From: Nitrospirota bacterium
GTDB taxonomy: Bacteria > Nitrospirota > Nitrospiria > SBBL01 > JAADHI01
Length of the DNA: 64,000 nt
Direction of reading: 5' to 3'
Assembly: GCA_029261165.1 (NCBI GenBank)
Contig: JAJDBV010000015.1
Location: forward strand, 972 to 64,971
Numbering within the stretch: the stretch's first letter is position 1; each line of letters begins with the position of its first letter. The position numbers were made by a program, and so were the translations under genes. The notes under the pieces were generated by a model that saw only the letters and a program-made list of their open reading frames with translations, was not told the origin of the DNA and searched no databases. Positions 28,908-38,248 of this stretch are shown here, piece by piece.

Positions 28908-29855
28908 ATGAGACTCCGATTTGCCATATTCACACTAATGGGAATGGTCCTGCTTCATGGGTGTGGCTATACTGTGAGGATGGTTGCGCTTGAAGAGGAG
29001 CAGCGGGAACTCCAGGAAAAAAAGAGTCTGGAAGGAGAAGTGGTACGGCTCCAGGTAGATTTAAAAAAATTGAGGAAGCAAAGTCGCCAGGCTGCCATTA
29101 TTCTTAAGAAGGAAGTTGAAAGGAACGCGACCCTCCTGCGGGAAAGTCGCAAAGAGATTATTGGTCTTCAAAAAGGCCAGGCCGGTCTCAATGTGCGAAT
29201 GGATGAAGCGGCGCTACAACTGAGGAAGGTCCAGGGTATCGTTGAGGAGAAAGAGAGTCAGTTGGCCGGGCTTTCCCATCATATTGAGAATGTGGCATTT
29301 CGAGTCAATAAACATAAAGAGACGCAGGGGAACTTAAGCAAGCAAGGGAAAAAGCATGAAAGTTTATTGCAGTCTCAGATAAAAGTGGTAGATGCATTGA
29401 AACGCCGTCTCGATGATCAAGGGCGAAAGGTTGCCTCTTTGAGAGGTGCATTACAGACACAGATTGATGCGGTTAGACTTATCGACAGTAATCTCCGGAA
29501 CGTATCAGAGGCGCAGGAAAAAAGCCTGCGAGGTGTATCCGATCAGGCATCCGAATTGGCAGAGAAAATTCCTCCTGCGTTAAATCGGCAATCTGTTCGT
29601 CTGGATAAACTGGAATGGCAGATAAAAAAAATTGCGAGCGAGGTTGATGCAAAGAAGATGGAGAAGAACTTGGCCGTTTTTTCTGGTGAACTTAATAACT
29701 TGAAAAAGACGCTTGATGTTTTGGGGAGCAGGGTTACAACAAAAATTGATGAGCAGGGTCGGCTTATACGCGCAACGACGAAAAAAGTAGAGGGGATAGA
29801 GGCAAGCTTAATTCTTGGAGATCAATCAACACCCCTGTCGTCAAAGGCAAAATAA
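28908..29855 (+). CDS. Coiled-coil lipoprotein (hypothetical)
   Basis: 315 aa with lipobox VLLHGC. The rest is rich in Glu/Lys/Gln/Leu heptad-like sequence throughout, and no enzymatic motif was recognised. Confidence 0.6.
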   Translation: MRLRFAIFTLMGMVLLHGCGYTVRMVALEEEQRELQEKKSLEGEVVRLQVDLKKLRKQSRQAAIILKKEVERNATLLRESRKEIIGLQKGQAGLNVRMDEAALQLRKVQGIVEEKESQLAGLSHHIENVAFRVNKHKETQGNLSKQGKKHESLLQSQIKVVDALKRRLDDQGRKVASLRGALQTQIDAVRLIDSNLRNVSEAQEKSLRGVSDQASELAEKIPPALNRQSVRLDKLEWQIKKIASEVDAKKMEKNLAVFSGELNNLKKTLDVLGSRVTTKIDEQGRLIRATTKKVEGIEASLILGDQSTPLSSKAK

Positions 29856-30006
29856 ATATCTTCTATTAGTGAAACAGAACTCCATAAGACAATGAATATC
29901 TTTTAGTAAATGCGGGGTGCTTCGGCTGAGGCCCTGTATCGGTTTGTAGGTTCAAGAAGGTTGTTATTGAGATGTATTGTGTTTTGAATGGGGGAGGAGA
30001 TACATA

Positions 30007-30576
30007 ATGAAACAGAGGATACTTTTTCTGTTGCTTACTGTTGGATTGGTTTTTACAGTAGAAGGTTGTTCGAAGAAGCTCACTTCCGTGTCAGGGAGTG
30101 CCGGGTTACGTGAAGAGCGTGTCGAAGACGTTATTGACAGCGTCCGGGAAGTACGCCCAAGTGAAACGCCAAGCCAGACGGAAAGGCGATCTCGGGGGGA
30201 AGAATTGATTGGAGGTCTGGAGGGAGAAGATACAAATCAGGTCGTCGCAGATATTTTCTTCGAATTTAATCAAGCCTCACTGAGAGATGAGTCGAAGCAA
30301 GTTCTCAAAAAAAATGCGGAACTCCTCATGGCCAATCCAGGCGCATCGATTCAGGTGCAAGGCCATACCGATGAGCGTGGGAGTGAGGAATATAATCTCG
30401 TGCTCGGGGCACGGCGTGCGAGAATCACCAAGCGTTTTCTGGAGGCCCTCGGAGTGAATTCTTCCCTGATTCAAGTCATCAGTTATGGAGAGGAGCGACC
30501 TTTTTGTGCTCAGAGTGAAGAACGGTGCTGGAAGCAAAATAGAAGGGCGCACTTCCTTATTCAGGCGCAAAGGTAA
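30007..30576 (+). CDS. Peptidoglycan-associated lipoprotein Pal paralogue (copy 2)
   Basis: GGAGGAG precedes ATG 30007. The signal peptide and lipobox are MKQRILFLLLTVGLVFTVEGC. The OmpA_C domain reads IFFEFNQASL...VQGHTDERGSEEYNLVLGARRAR...NRRAHFLI. Confidence 0.85.
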   Translation: MKQRILFLLLTVGLVFTVEGCSKKLTSVSGSAGLREERVEDVIDSVREVRPSETPSQTERRSRGEELIGGLEGEDTNQVVADIFFEFNQASLRDESKQVLKKNAELLMANPGASIQVQGHTDERGSEEYNLVLGARRARITKRFLEALGVNSSLIQVISYGEERPFCAQSEERCWKQNRRAHFLIQAQR

Positions 30577-30708
30577 TAGATCCGGCCTCTTGCGGCGACT
30601 GACGGGGTTTTATTCGGCCACACACGAAGGGCTAAGAGCATGAGAGTGATCAAGGGGCTTGTATTCCCTTTTATGTTGTCGGATTGAGTACGTCGAGGTT
30701 TAAAAAGA

Positions 30709-31566
30709 ATGGTGAAAAGGGGTTTAGTCAGGTTTTGCGGCGTGTCTCTCTTTCTCATGATGTCGGCATGTGCCCTCCAATCGAATATGGTTGAAATAGA
30801 AAATGATGTCGAGACGCTGAGAAAGCATCGCTGGGAACTCCAGGGGCGTCTGGAGCGCCTTGAAAAGAGGATGCGTGAGATCGGGTCGGAGGAGGTGGCG
30901 GACAAGAAAAAACAGTCCGCTGACATGGTTGCTCATGTTGATGATTTGAAGACCAACTTCCAGGTCCTTTCCGGTTTGCTTGACGAAGACAGGCACCTCC
31001 TTTCGGGCGTGAGTAAACGGATGGAAGACCAGGCATTTCGAACGCAAGACCTTTTAAATCGCCTGAATAGTCTGGAATCGCGCCTTTTTGCCATTGAAGC
31101 TGGAGGAGGGGCAAAAAAAGGCCGAGGATCAAATGAAGAACGCACGGTCTTGCCTGGTCAAAAGATTAAACGCCCACCTATTGGCAGGTCGATGTCTCCG
31201 ACGGAGGCCTATAACCTGGCGTACAACGATTATCTTAAAGGAAATTATGATCTTGCGATTATCGCCTTTCAGAATTTTTCCGAGCAGTATCGGGGATCGG
31301 CCTTGATTCCTCAATCGATCTATTGGACAGGAGAGAGTTACTATGGGAAGAAGTTCTTTTCGAAGGCGATCAAGTACTTTGATCAGATTCAAAGAGAATA
31401 CCCCAGGAGCGAAAAAGCATCAAGTGCCTTACTCAAGATCGGGTTTGCCTACCTGGAACTGGGTGATCGTGTGAAAACACGGATTCATTTAAAAAGAGTG
31501 ATCGAACAATTTCCTAATTCAAATGAGGCGCTTCTCGCAAAAGACCAACTCGCCGCCCTGAACTGA
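30709..31566 (+). CDS. cpoB: Cell-division coordinator CpoB/YbgF (coiled coil plus TPR)
   Basis: 285 aa. The signal peptide and lipobox-like sequence is SLFLMMSAC. An N-terminal coiled coil is followed by a C-terminal TPR region (YNLAYNDYLKGNYDLAIIAFQNF...YWTGESYY...IGFAYLELGD). It is the terminal gene of the tol-pal cluster. Confidence 0.85.
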   Translation: MVKRGLVRFCGVSLFLMMSACALQSNMVEIENDVETLRKHRWELQGRLERLEKRMREIGSEEVADKKKQSADMVAHVDDLKTNFQVLSGLLDEDRHLLSGVSKRMEDQAFRTQDLLNRLNSLESRLFAIEAGGGAKKGRGSNEERTVLPGQKIKRPPIGRSMSPTEAYNLAYNDYLKGNYDLAIIAFQNFSEQYRGSALIPQSIYWTGESYYGKKFFSKAIKYFDQIQREYPRSEKASSALLKIGFAYLELGDRVKTRIHLKRVIEQFPNSNEALLAKDQLAALN

Positions 31567-31641
31567 AGATCGCTCTCTCCTTATTTTACCTTCCTGTACT
31601 AGAACCTCTTTGTCTCATTTTTTAACAGGGTGTAGAAAATC

Positions 31642-33543
31642 TTGCCAAAGATCAATGTTCTTTCTGAGAACCTAGCCAATAAAATTGCAGCGGGTGAAGT
31701 TGTTGAGAGACCGGCATCTGTCGTAAAGGAGTTGGTTGAAAATGCGATTGATGCAAAGAGTCAACGTATTTTCGTCTCCATATTGGAGGGGGGGACCCGA
31801 CTGATTCAGGTCGAGGATGACGGTGAGGGCATGGAGCAGGAAGATGCCTGTCTCGCTTTTCAACGGCATGCAACAAGCAAGGTGCTTGAGGAAGAAGACC
31901 TCTCGTCCATTATGACTCTGGGCTTTCGTGGAGAGGCCCTTCCAAGCATTGCCTCTATCTCCAATATTCGTTTGAGAACACGTACCGCCGAGGCATTAGA
32001 AGGCTCAGACCTTTCCCTTGGAGCGGGGAAGATAGAATCCATAAAGGCCGCGGCACTGGCACAAGGGTCCAACTTTGAGATCAAAGATCTTTTCTTTAAT
32101 GTGCCGGCGCGGAAAAAATTTCTAAAATCGACACAAACCGAACTCAGCCATATCAGCGGAACTCTTTTCCAACTTGCGCTCTCCTATCCATCGATTCATT
32201 TTCGATTGACTCACGGAGCAAGACGCCTCCTTGATTGTCCGCGCGTCCCGGATCTAAAGGCTCGGATTCTGCAGCTGATTGGCCGAGAGCCGGTCGCGCA
32301 CTGCCTACAGGCAGAGGGGCAGGATATGGCCGGAGAGGGGATTTCCCTCAGGGCTTTTTTTTCCCGTCCCCCGCTTCAGAGAAATTATAAGAAGAATCAA
32401 TATCTCTTTGTGAACCAACGGCCAGTCCGGAGCCCGCTTCTTGTTCACGCAATCTATGACGCTTACGCAAGCTATCTGATGAAAGGGGAACACCCTTTTT
32501 TTGTCTTGTTCTTAAATATTGATCCCACACGGGTCGATGTCAACGTTCACCCGGCAAAGAGAGAGATCCGCTTTCAAAATACCGATCTTGTTCATCAGAC
32601 GGTTCGCCGGATTTTTCGGGAAGCATTGTCCTCGGCGGGGGGCGTCGGGCTTGAGGTGAGTGACCCATTGGTATCCCAACCGATCGAACCCTTACCCTCA
32701 CCTTCGAGTCGATCAAGATGGCGGGGAAGGGAGGGCCTTAGCCATGAAGCGCTGGGTTCTCGCCTCGATGTCGCAGGGGATGGAGGGAAATGGCTTGGAT
32801 GGCCCAATCCAACAGCATCACGAAGCACTTCTGAAGAGGTAAAAGAGTCGGAGGGATCTTATTCTGAACCGCTCCCCTTATTAGCGGACGCCTCCTTTTC
32901 ACCTCAAACCGCACCTTTGGGATCAACAGTGCTGATTCGTCCAATCGGGCAGGTCTATGGTACTTTTCTGCTTGCCGAGGTGGAGGGCTGCCTTGTGATT
33001 GTTGACCAGCATACGGCACACGAACGCGTCCTTTATGAGTCCTTGCTGGCGGGTTGGCGGCGGTTTCAGGAGTCAGAAGGGCAAAAGATTGAGGCCTCTT
33101 CTGTCTTTATCGAAGTCCAGCCGCTCCTCTTTCCACAGCAGGTGGATCTTCCCTTATCCAGGGCGGGTATTCTGAAGGATTATTTGACGCGCCTGGAAGA
33201 GGTCGGACTGAAAATTGAACCTTTTGGTGAAACAACTTTCCTTGTTCGTGCTGTGCCGGCACTCCTGACCGAAATGAACCTGGAATCGCTGCTCATAGAT
33301 CTGACGGATGAATTATCTGAGCTAGAGGTTTCTTCTCAAATGGATCAGCCCATGCTGAAGATGATCGCCTCGATGGCTTGCCACGGAGCCGTCCGTGCCC
33401 ATCAGACCCTGGCACTACCGGAGATTGAAGCGCTTCTCAAGAAATACTTTGAAAAGGATACGCCCCCGACTTGTCCTCATGGAAGGCCGATTTTATTAAC
33501 CTATCCCTTAACAGAATTAGAGAAGCTGTTCCGGCGACGATGA
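31642..33543 (+). CDS. mutL: DNA mismatch repair protein MutL (endonuclease type)
   Basis: 633 aa. The GHKL N-terminus is LANKIAAGEVVERPASVVKELVENAIDA. The C-terminal endonuclease motifs are DQHTAHERVLYE, ACHGAVRA and CPHGRP. Confidence 0.95.
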   Translation: MPKINVLSENLANKIAAGEVVERPASVVKELVENAIDAKSQRIFVSILEGGTRLIQVEDDGEGMEQEDACLAFQRHATSKVLEEEDLSSIMTLGFRGEALPSIASISNIRLRTRTAEALEGSDLSLGAGKIESIKAAALAQGSNFEIKDLFFNVPARKKFLKSTQTELSHISGTLFQLALSYPSIHFRLTHGARRLLDCPRVPDLKARILQLIGREPVAHCLQAEGQDMAGEGISLRAFFSRPPLQRNYKKNQYLFVNQRPVRSPLLVHAIYDAYASYLMKGEHPFFVLFLNIDPTRVDVNVHPAKREIRFQNTDLVHQTVRRIFREALSSAGGVGLEVSDPLVSQPIEPLPSPSSRSRWRGREGLSHEALGSRLDVAGDGGKWLGWPNPTASRSTSEEVKESEGSYSEPLPLLADASFSPQTAPLGSTVLIRPIGQVYGTFLLAEVEGCLVIVDQHTAHERVLYESLLAGWRRFQESEGQKIEASSVFIEVQPLLFPQQVDLPLSRAGILKDYLTRLEEVGLKIEPFGETTFLVRAVPALLTEMNLESLLIDLTDELSELEVSSQMDQPMLKMIASMACHGAVRAHQTLALPEIEALLKKYFEKDTPPTCPHGRPILLTYPLTELEKLFRRR

Positions 33544-33589
33544 GGTTCACCTTGCCACCGCGGCAGTGCCGCTATCGATCTGGTCCACG

Positions 33590-34549
33590 ATGCTTACGAA
33601 ATCTCCTTTAGGTGTCAGGAAGCCCTGGTTTGTCATTACGGGTCCGACGGCGGTCGGGAAGAGTCAGGTGACGGAGATTCTGGCTCAGGGGCTTCAGACT
33701 GAAATCATCGTCGCGGATTCCATGCAGATTTATCAGGGGATGGATATCGCGACTGAAAAACCATCTCCAGAGGCGAGACGGCGTGTCCCGCGTCATCTCA
33801 TCGATCTTATCCTTCCTGATCAATCTTTTTCAGCAGGGGCCTACAAGAGGGCGGCTGAAACCACGATTTCCGAGAGAGAAGGAAAAGGCCAGGTTATCTT
33901 GATTGAAGGGGGGAGTGGTCTTTACCTCAAGGCCCTGTTGGATGGACTCTGGGAGGGTCCCCCTGCCGACTGGGAATTGCGCAGTGCGCTTCTTGAAAAA
34001 GAACAGGAGGAAGGAACGCTCTACCGGATGTTACAGGGGATTGATCCCTCCCTGGCGGAGAGAATCCACTATAGGGATCTTCGTAAAATTATCCGGGCAC
34101 TTGAAGTCCATTCACTCACCGGCCGCCGTCTCTCCGAATTTCATGAAGCGCATCGGCATCAACGTTCCCAGAGATCTCCTTTTTGGATCGTTGGATTAAG
34201 GCGTGATCGAAAAGACCTGATTCAGAGAATTGGAAGGCGTGTTGATCAGCAAGTCACGTCAGGACTCGTAGAGGAAACGGAAGCACTGCTCTCATCTGGC
34301 TTCTCCCGGTCATTGCCGTCCATGCTCGGACTCGGGTACAGGCAGATTGTAGCGTATCTTAAAGGAGAGTGTTCTCTGGAGTCGGCTGTTTCTTTATTGA
34401 AACGCGATATACGCCGCTATGCCAAGCGGCAGATGACCTGGTTTCGCGCTGACCCCAGGATTGAATGGATTGACCTTACCCCAGATGAGTCTGCCGGTGA
34501 AACCGCTGATCGGATTAGAAACTTGAAGAATTACGAGAGTATGATATAA
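33590..34549 (+). CDS. miaA: tRNA dimethylallyltransferase
   Basis: The P-loop is ITGPTAVGKS. Motifs present: DSMQIYQGMDIATEKP, HHLIDL-like RHLIDL, and YAKRQMTWFR. ATG 33590 is preferred. The track ORF starts at 33566. Confidence 0.93.
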   Translation: MLTKSPLGVRKPWFVITGPTAVGKSQVTEILAQGLQTEIIVADSMQIYQGMDIATEKPSPEARRRVPRHLIDLILPDQSFSAGAYKRAAETTISEREGKGQVILIEGGSGLYLKALLDGLWEGPPADWELRSALLEKEQEEGTLYRMLQGIDPSLAERIHYRDLRKIIRALEVHSLTGRRLSEFHEAHRHQRSQRSPFWIVGLRRDRKDLIQRIGRRVDQQVTSGLVEETEALLSSGFSRSLPSMLGLGYRQIVAYLKGECSLESAVSLLKRDIRRYAKRQMTWFRADPRIEWIDLTPDESAGETADRIRNLKNYESMI

Positions 34550-34608
34550 TCCGACCCAGTTTCGTCCGTCCGATTTTGGGTCAGAAAAGTTGTAGAGGGA
34601 AGGTCTTC

Positions 34609-35514
34609 ATGATTAAACGGCCCACAAAAAGACTGGGGATATCAAGGAAGTTTCCACAGGCGCGAATCGGCGTTATTGGGGGGAGCGGTCTCACACAGAT
34701 GGAGAATCTTCAGGAGGTAAGAGAGGTGTCGGTGTCCACGCCATTTGGGCGGCCCTCCGGGAAGTTCATCATGGGAAACCTCAAGGGTGTTCCGCTTGCC
34801 TTCTTGCCTCGGCATGGTCAAGGACACACGATATTGCCGTCCGAAATCAATTACCGTGCAAATATCTTTGCAATGAAAAAACTGGGTGTAGAACGGATCT
34901 TATCTGTCAGTGCTGTCGGTAGCATGAAGGAGGAAATTGTTCCCGGAGATGTCGTTATTCCGGAGCAATTTTATGATCTGACCAAGGGAAGAGGAAGCAC
35001 CTTTTTTGGTGAAGGGATCGTGGCGCATGTAAGTCTGGCGGACCCGGTTTGTCCGGAACTGACAGAGGTTGTTTCGATGGCGGGCCAGGATGTTGGGGCG
35101 ACGCTTCATCGGGGCGGGACGTATCTCTGTATGGAGGGCCCCCAATTTTCTACCCGTGCTGAGTCCGAAATTCACCGGGGCTGGGGCGTTTCTGTTATCG
35201 GGATGACGAATGTGACTGAGTCAAAGCTGGCCCGGGAGGCGGAAATCTGTTACGTGACGATGGCGATGGCGACCGACTACGACTGCTGGCATATCGGTGC
35301 AGGTCCTGTCACGGCGGAAATGGTCCTGAAAACGCTTAGGGAAAATGTGGCGCTCTCCAAAGACATGATTCAAGCAGCCGTGGGGCGGATTGATTTAAAA
35401 AGGAACTGTTTTTGCGCAGAAGCACTGAAGAATGCCGTTGTGACCGACCCTTCTTCTATCTCAAGAAAACTGAAGAGTTCTTTAAAACCCCTTATTGGAA
35501 AATATCTCTCATGA
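34609..35514 (+). CDS. mtnP: S-methyl-5'-thioadenosine phosphorylase
   Basis: The PNP family-2 pattern is IGVIGGSGL...FLPRHG..H...PSEINYRANI...GMTNVTE..LAREAEICY. ATG 34609 is preferred over the track start at 34576. Confidence 0.9.
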   Translation: MIKRPTKRLGISRKFPQARIGVIGGSGLTQMENLQEVREVSVSTPFGRPSGKFIMGNLKGVPLAFLPRHGQGHTILPSEINYRANIFAMKKLGVERILSVSAVGSMKEEIVPGDVVIPEQFYDLTKGRGSTFFGEGIVAHVSLADPVCPELTEVVSMAGQDVGATLHRGGTYLCMEGPQFSTRAESEIHRGWGVSVIGMTNVTESKLAREAEICYVTMAMATDYDCWHIGAGPVTAEMVLKTLRENVALSKDMIQAAVGRIDLKRNCFCAEALKNAVVTDPSSISRKLKSSLKPLIGKYLS

Positions 35515-36392
35515 ACATACAGAGTGAATGCAATCCCCGTCCTTCTAGAGTGGGATTCGGCGGGCGAAAAAAATCAGAGCGTTTTTTTCTTTTCGGGTTA
35601 AATCGTTATCGCCATTCCGCAGTGTGGTTTTTCAAAAATGCGGTTGTCTTCCTTGGGTTCTTTTTATCGGGTTGCGTGTCCTTTTTTACCGTGCCCTCGC
35701 ATGAAGCATTGCAGAATCCACCGCCACCGCTTCAGGAACGCTGGGAAACCGAACTCATTCATCCGGAATTTTCTTCCGACGCCTTGAAAGGCGATGGGAT
35801 GGCACTCTTTGCGATCTTGGAGAGAGGCGCCCCCGATGTTTTGCGTCAGTCGGTGGCTTTCGAGGTCTTTCAGGGGCTTCGTTCCTTTTTTCCAGAAGTT
35901 CGCGTGATTCCGAGAATGGATGCGGTGAGGACAATCACTCAGGCGGGAAGAAAACCAGATTATAAAAGGTTCTTGAGAAGTTACCAGGAAGGAAGGTCGA
36001 TGGATGTGAGTTCCCTTAGAGAATGGGGTCAAATAGAGGGTGTCCGTTACCTTTTTATCGGGGAGATCCTTTTTAACGATAAGCATACTGCGACCCGATT
36101 GATGCAGGAAGCAGAAACGGGTATCGGGGGATTGATATCCATTTTTTCTTCCGGGCCGAGCCACATCCCTGTTGAGGTGTATAAGCGGGTTTCTCTTCGG
36201 GGAGAACTCTGGGACAGTCAATGCGGAAAAGCCATGTGGATTGGAACCAGTCAGTCTGAAGTGACCGAGCCTGGAGAAAAGGAACGTGTACGTGTTGAAG
36301 ATATTCTCAACTCAACAAGCCGAAATCTGATCGCTGCACTTGATCAGGCTTTGAAAAAACACCCGGGGGGTACGAAACCCTCGCAATGTTAA
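35511..36392 (+). CDS. Hypothetical lipoprotein
   Basis: ATG 35511 overlaps the mtnP stop (ATGA). The lipobox is VVFLGFFLSGC. The N-terminal MNIQSECNPRPSRVGF is shared with the product of gene 37413. Confidence 0.6.
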   Translation: MNIQSECNPRPSRVGFGGRKKSERFFLFGLNRYRHSAVWFFKNAVVFLGFFLSGCVSFFTVPSHEALQNPPPPLQERWETELIHPEFSSDALKGDGMALFAILERGAPDVLRQSVAFEVFQGLRSFFPEVRVIPRMDAVRTITQAGRKPDYKRFLRSYQEGRSMDVSSLREWGQIEGVRYLFIGEILFNDKHTATRLMQEAETGIGGLISIFSSGPSHIPVEVYKRVSLRGELWDSQCGKAMWIGTSQSEVTEPGEKERVRVEDILNSTSRNLIAALDQALKKHPGGTKPSQC

Positions 36393-36432
36393 AACGGGAT
36401 ATTGACAAAAGGATAGTCACAAAAGGAGAGAG

Positions 36433-37341
36433 ATGAGTTTATTGGTCGTTGGATCGGTGGCATTTGATTCTGTGAAAACCCCTTTTGGGGAGGCCGATGA
36501 GGTCTTGGGTGGGTCTGCGACATATTTCGCAACCTCGGCGAGTTACTTTACAGATGTTAGGATGGTCGCCGTGGTCGGTGAGGATTTTCCAGAAACCCAT
36601 CTTCAGTTTTTGAAGGAGCGGGGCATTAATGCTGATGGGGTGGAGCGCCAGCCGGGGCGGACGTTCCGGTGGCGGGGGGAATACGGCTTCCATTTAAATG
36701 AAGCAAAAACCCTTGAGACACAGCTCAATGTGTTCGAGACATTTCATCCAAAAATTCCAAAGTCATATGCAGACTCGCCATTTGTTTTTCTGGCCAATAT
36801 TGATCCTGAACTTCAGCTGGATGTACTCAGACAGGTTGAAGGTCCGAAACTCGTGGCATGCGATACGATGAATTATTGGATTGAAGGAAAACGGGAGGCC
36901 TTGTTAGAGACCTTGAAGGTGGTGGATATCCTGATGATCAACGATGGTGAGGCGCGTGAGCTTGCAAGCGAATTCAACCTTGTGAAGGTGGCAAAGAAGA
37001 TTCTGGCATTGGGCCCTAAAATCCTTGTGATCAAGCGGGGAGAGTACGGTGCCTTGATGTTTAATGGTAAAACCATGTTTGCCGCGCCGGCCTTTCCCCT
37101 GGAGTCCATCTTTGATCCAACCGGTGCAGGAGATTCCTTTGCTGGAGGGTTCATGGGTTATCTCGCCAAGACTGGAGAGGTCAATGATGTCACCATTCGG
37201 CAGGCTGTTATTTATGGAAGCGCGATGGCGTCTTTCAATGTAGAGGCCTTCAGCCTTGATCGGATTCGTTCGTTAAAGGCGGATGATATTACAAGCCGGT
37301 ACAAGGAATTCAAGGCCCTCACCTTCTTTGAGAGTCATTAG
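36433..37341 (+). CDS. PfkB-family carbohydrate/nucleoside kinase
   Basis: 302 aa. The ribokinase-like motifs are LVVGSVAFDSV, GGSATYFA and DPTGAGDSFAGGFMGYL. Confidence 0.85.
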   Translation: MSLLVVGSVAFDSVKTPFGEADEVLGGSATYFATSASYFTDVRMVAVVGEDFPETHLQFLKERGINADGVERQPGRTFRWRGEYGFHLNEAKTLETQLNVFETFHPKIPKSYADSPFVFLANIDPELQLDVLRQVEGPKLVACDTMNYWIEGKREALLETLKVVDILMINDGEARELASEFNLVKVAKKILALGPKILVIKRGEYGALMFNGKTMFAAPAFPLESIFDPTGAGDSFAGGFMGYLAKTGEVNDVTIRQAVIYGSAMASFNVEAFSLDRIRSLKADDITSRYKEFKALTFFESH

Positions 37342-37412
37342 ATCTTGATCACGCAGCGTGTGTTTAAACCCCACCCCTCCAGGGCAGGGGTCTTCAACGG
37401 ACCAGAGGTGTT

Positions 37413-38219
37413 ATGAACACGCATAGCGAGAGTAATCCCCGCCCCTCTACGATGGGGTTCTTCAATTATAGAGTGTGTTTCATCTTGCTCTTCCTCCCGT
37501 TTTGGGTCGCTTGCGGCATGACAGAAGGGCGAATCAAGAAAGAAAAGGAAGCCACGGCGCACTACAAATTTGGTATTGCGTATTTGCAAGACAAGCCTTC
37601 CGATCTTCAGAAGGCCTATCTTGAGTTTCAAAAGGCGGTGCGCCTTGACCCTCGTAACCGGGACGTGCATTACGCCCTGGGACATGTCCACTATAAAAGA
37701 GAAAACTATGTTGAGGCCATCGCGTCATTCCAAAAAACGCTTTCAATTGACTCAGGGTTTTCCGAAGCCCATAATTACCTGGGAAAGGCTTATGAAGCGC
37801 AAGGGAAAATAGAAGCGGCAATCGGAGCATACCAGAAGGCTCTCGAAAATCCGGAGTATATTACCCCGCAATTGCCCCATCTGAACCTAGGACTTCTTTA
37901 TCTCGAGGAAGGAAGCTATGATGATGCCCTGAGGGAATTTAAGGATGTCCTTCGATTTGATGCGACAAATGTTGTTGCGCACAACGAACTGGGAAAAGTG
38001 TATTATCAAAAAGGAAGACTAAAAGAGGCGATTGCTTCTTATCAAGAGGCACTGCAGAGAGCACCAACTTATCTTGATGCCCACTACAACCTGGCGTTTT
38101 CTTATCTGAAAGAAGGTTCTAAGGATTTGGCCGCGAAGGCGTTTAAGAAGGTGATCGAGTTGTCGCCCCAAAGTCAAGTGGCGAAAGAGTCGGAAAAGTT
38201 TTTGGACGCCCTCCAGTAA
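37413..38219 (+). CDS. TPR-repeat lipoprotein (PilW/PilF-like)
   Basis: 268 aa with lipobox LPFWVACG and about 6 TPR units (HYALGHVHYKRENYVEAIASFQKTL and similar). Sitting directly upstream of a rodZ-like gene mirrors the pilW(pilF)-rodZ adjacency I recall from Proteobacteria. Confidence 0.7.
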   Translation: MNTHSESNPRPSTMGFFNYRVCFILLFLPFWVACGMTEGRIKKEKEATAHYKFGIAYLQDKPSDLQKAYLEFQKAVRLDPRNRDVHYALGHVHYKRENYVEAIASFQKTLSIDSGFSEAHNYLGKAYEAQGKIEAAIGAYQKALENPEYITPQLPHLNLGLLYLEEGSYDDALREFKDVLRFDATNVVAHNELGKVYYQKGRLKEAIASYQEALQRAPTYLDAHYNLAFSYLKEGSKDLAAKAFKKVIELSPQSQVAKESEKFLDALQ

Positions 38220-38248
38220 TTTAAAAAACAATATAAAATAGCAGGCTC

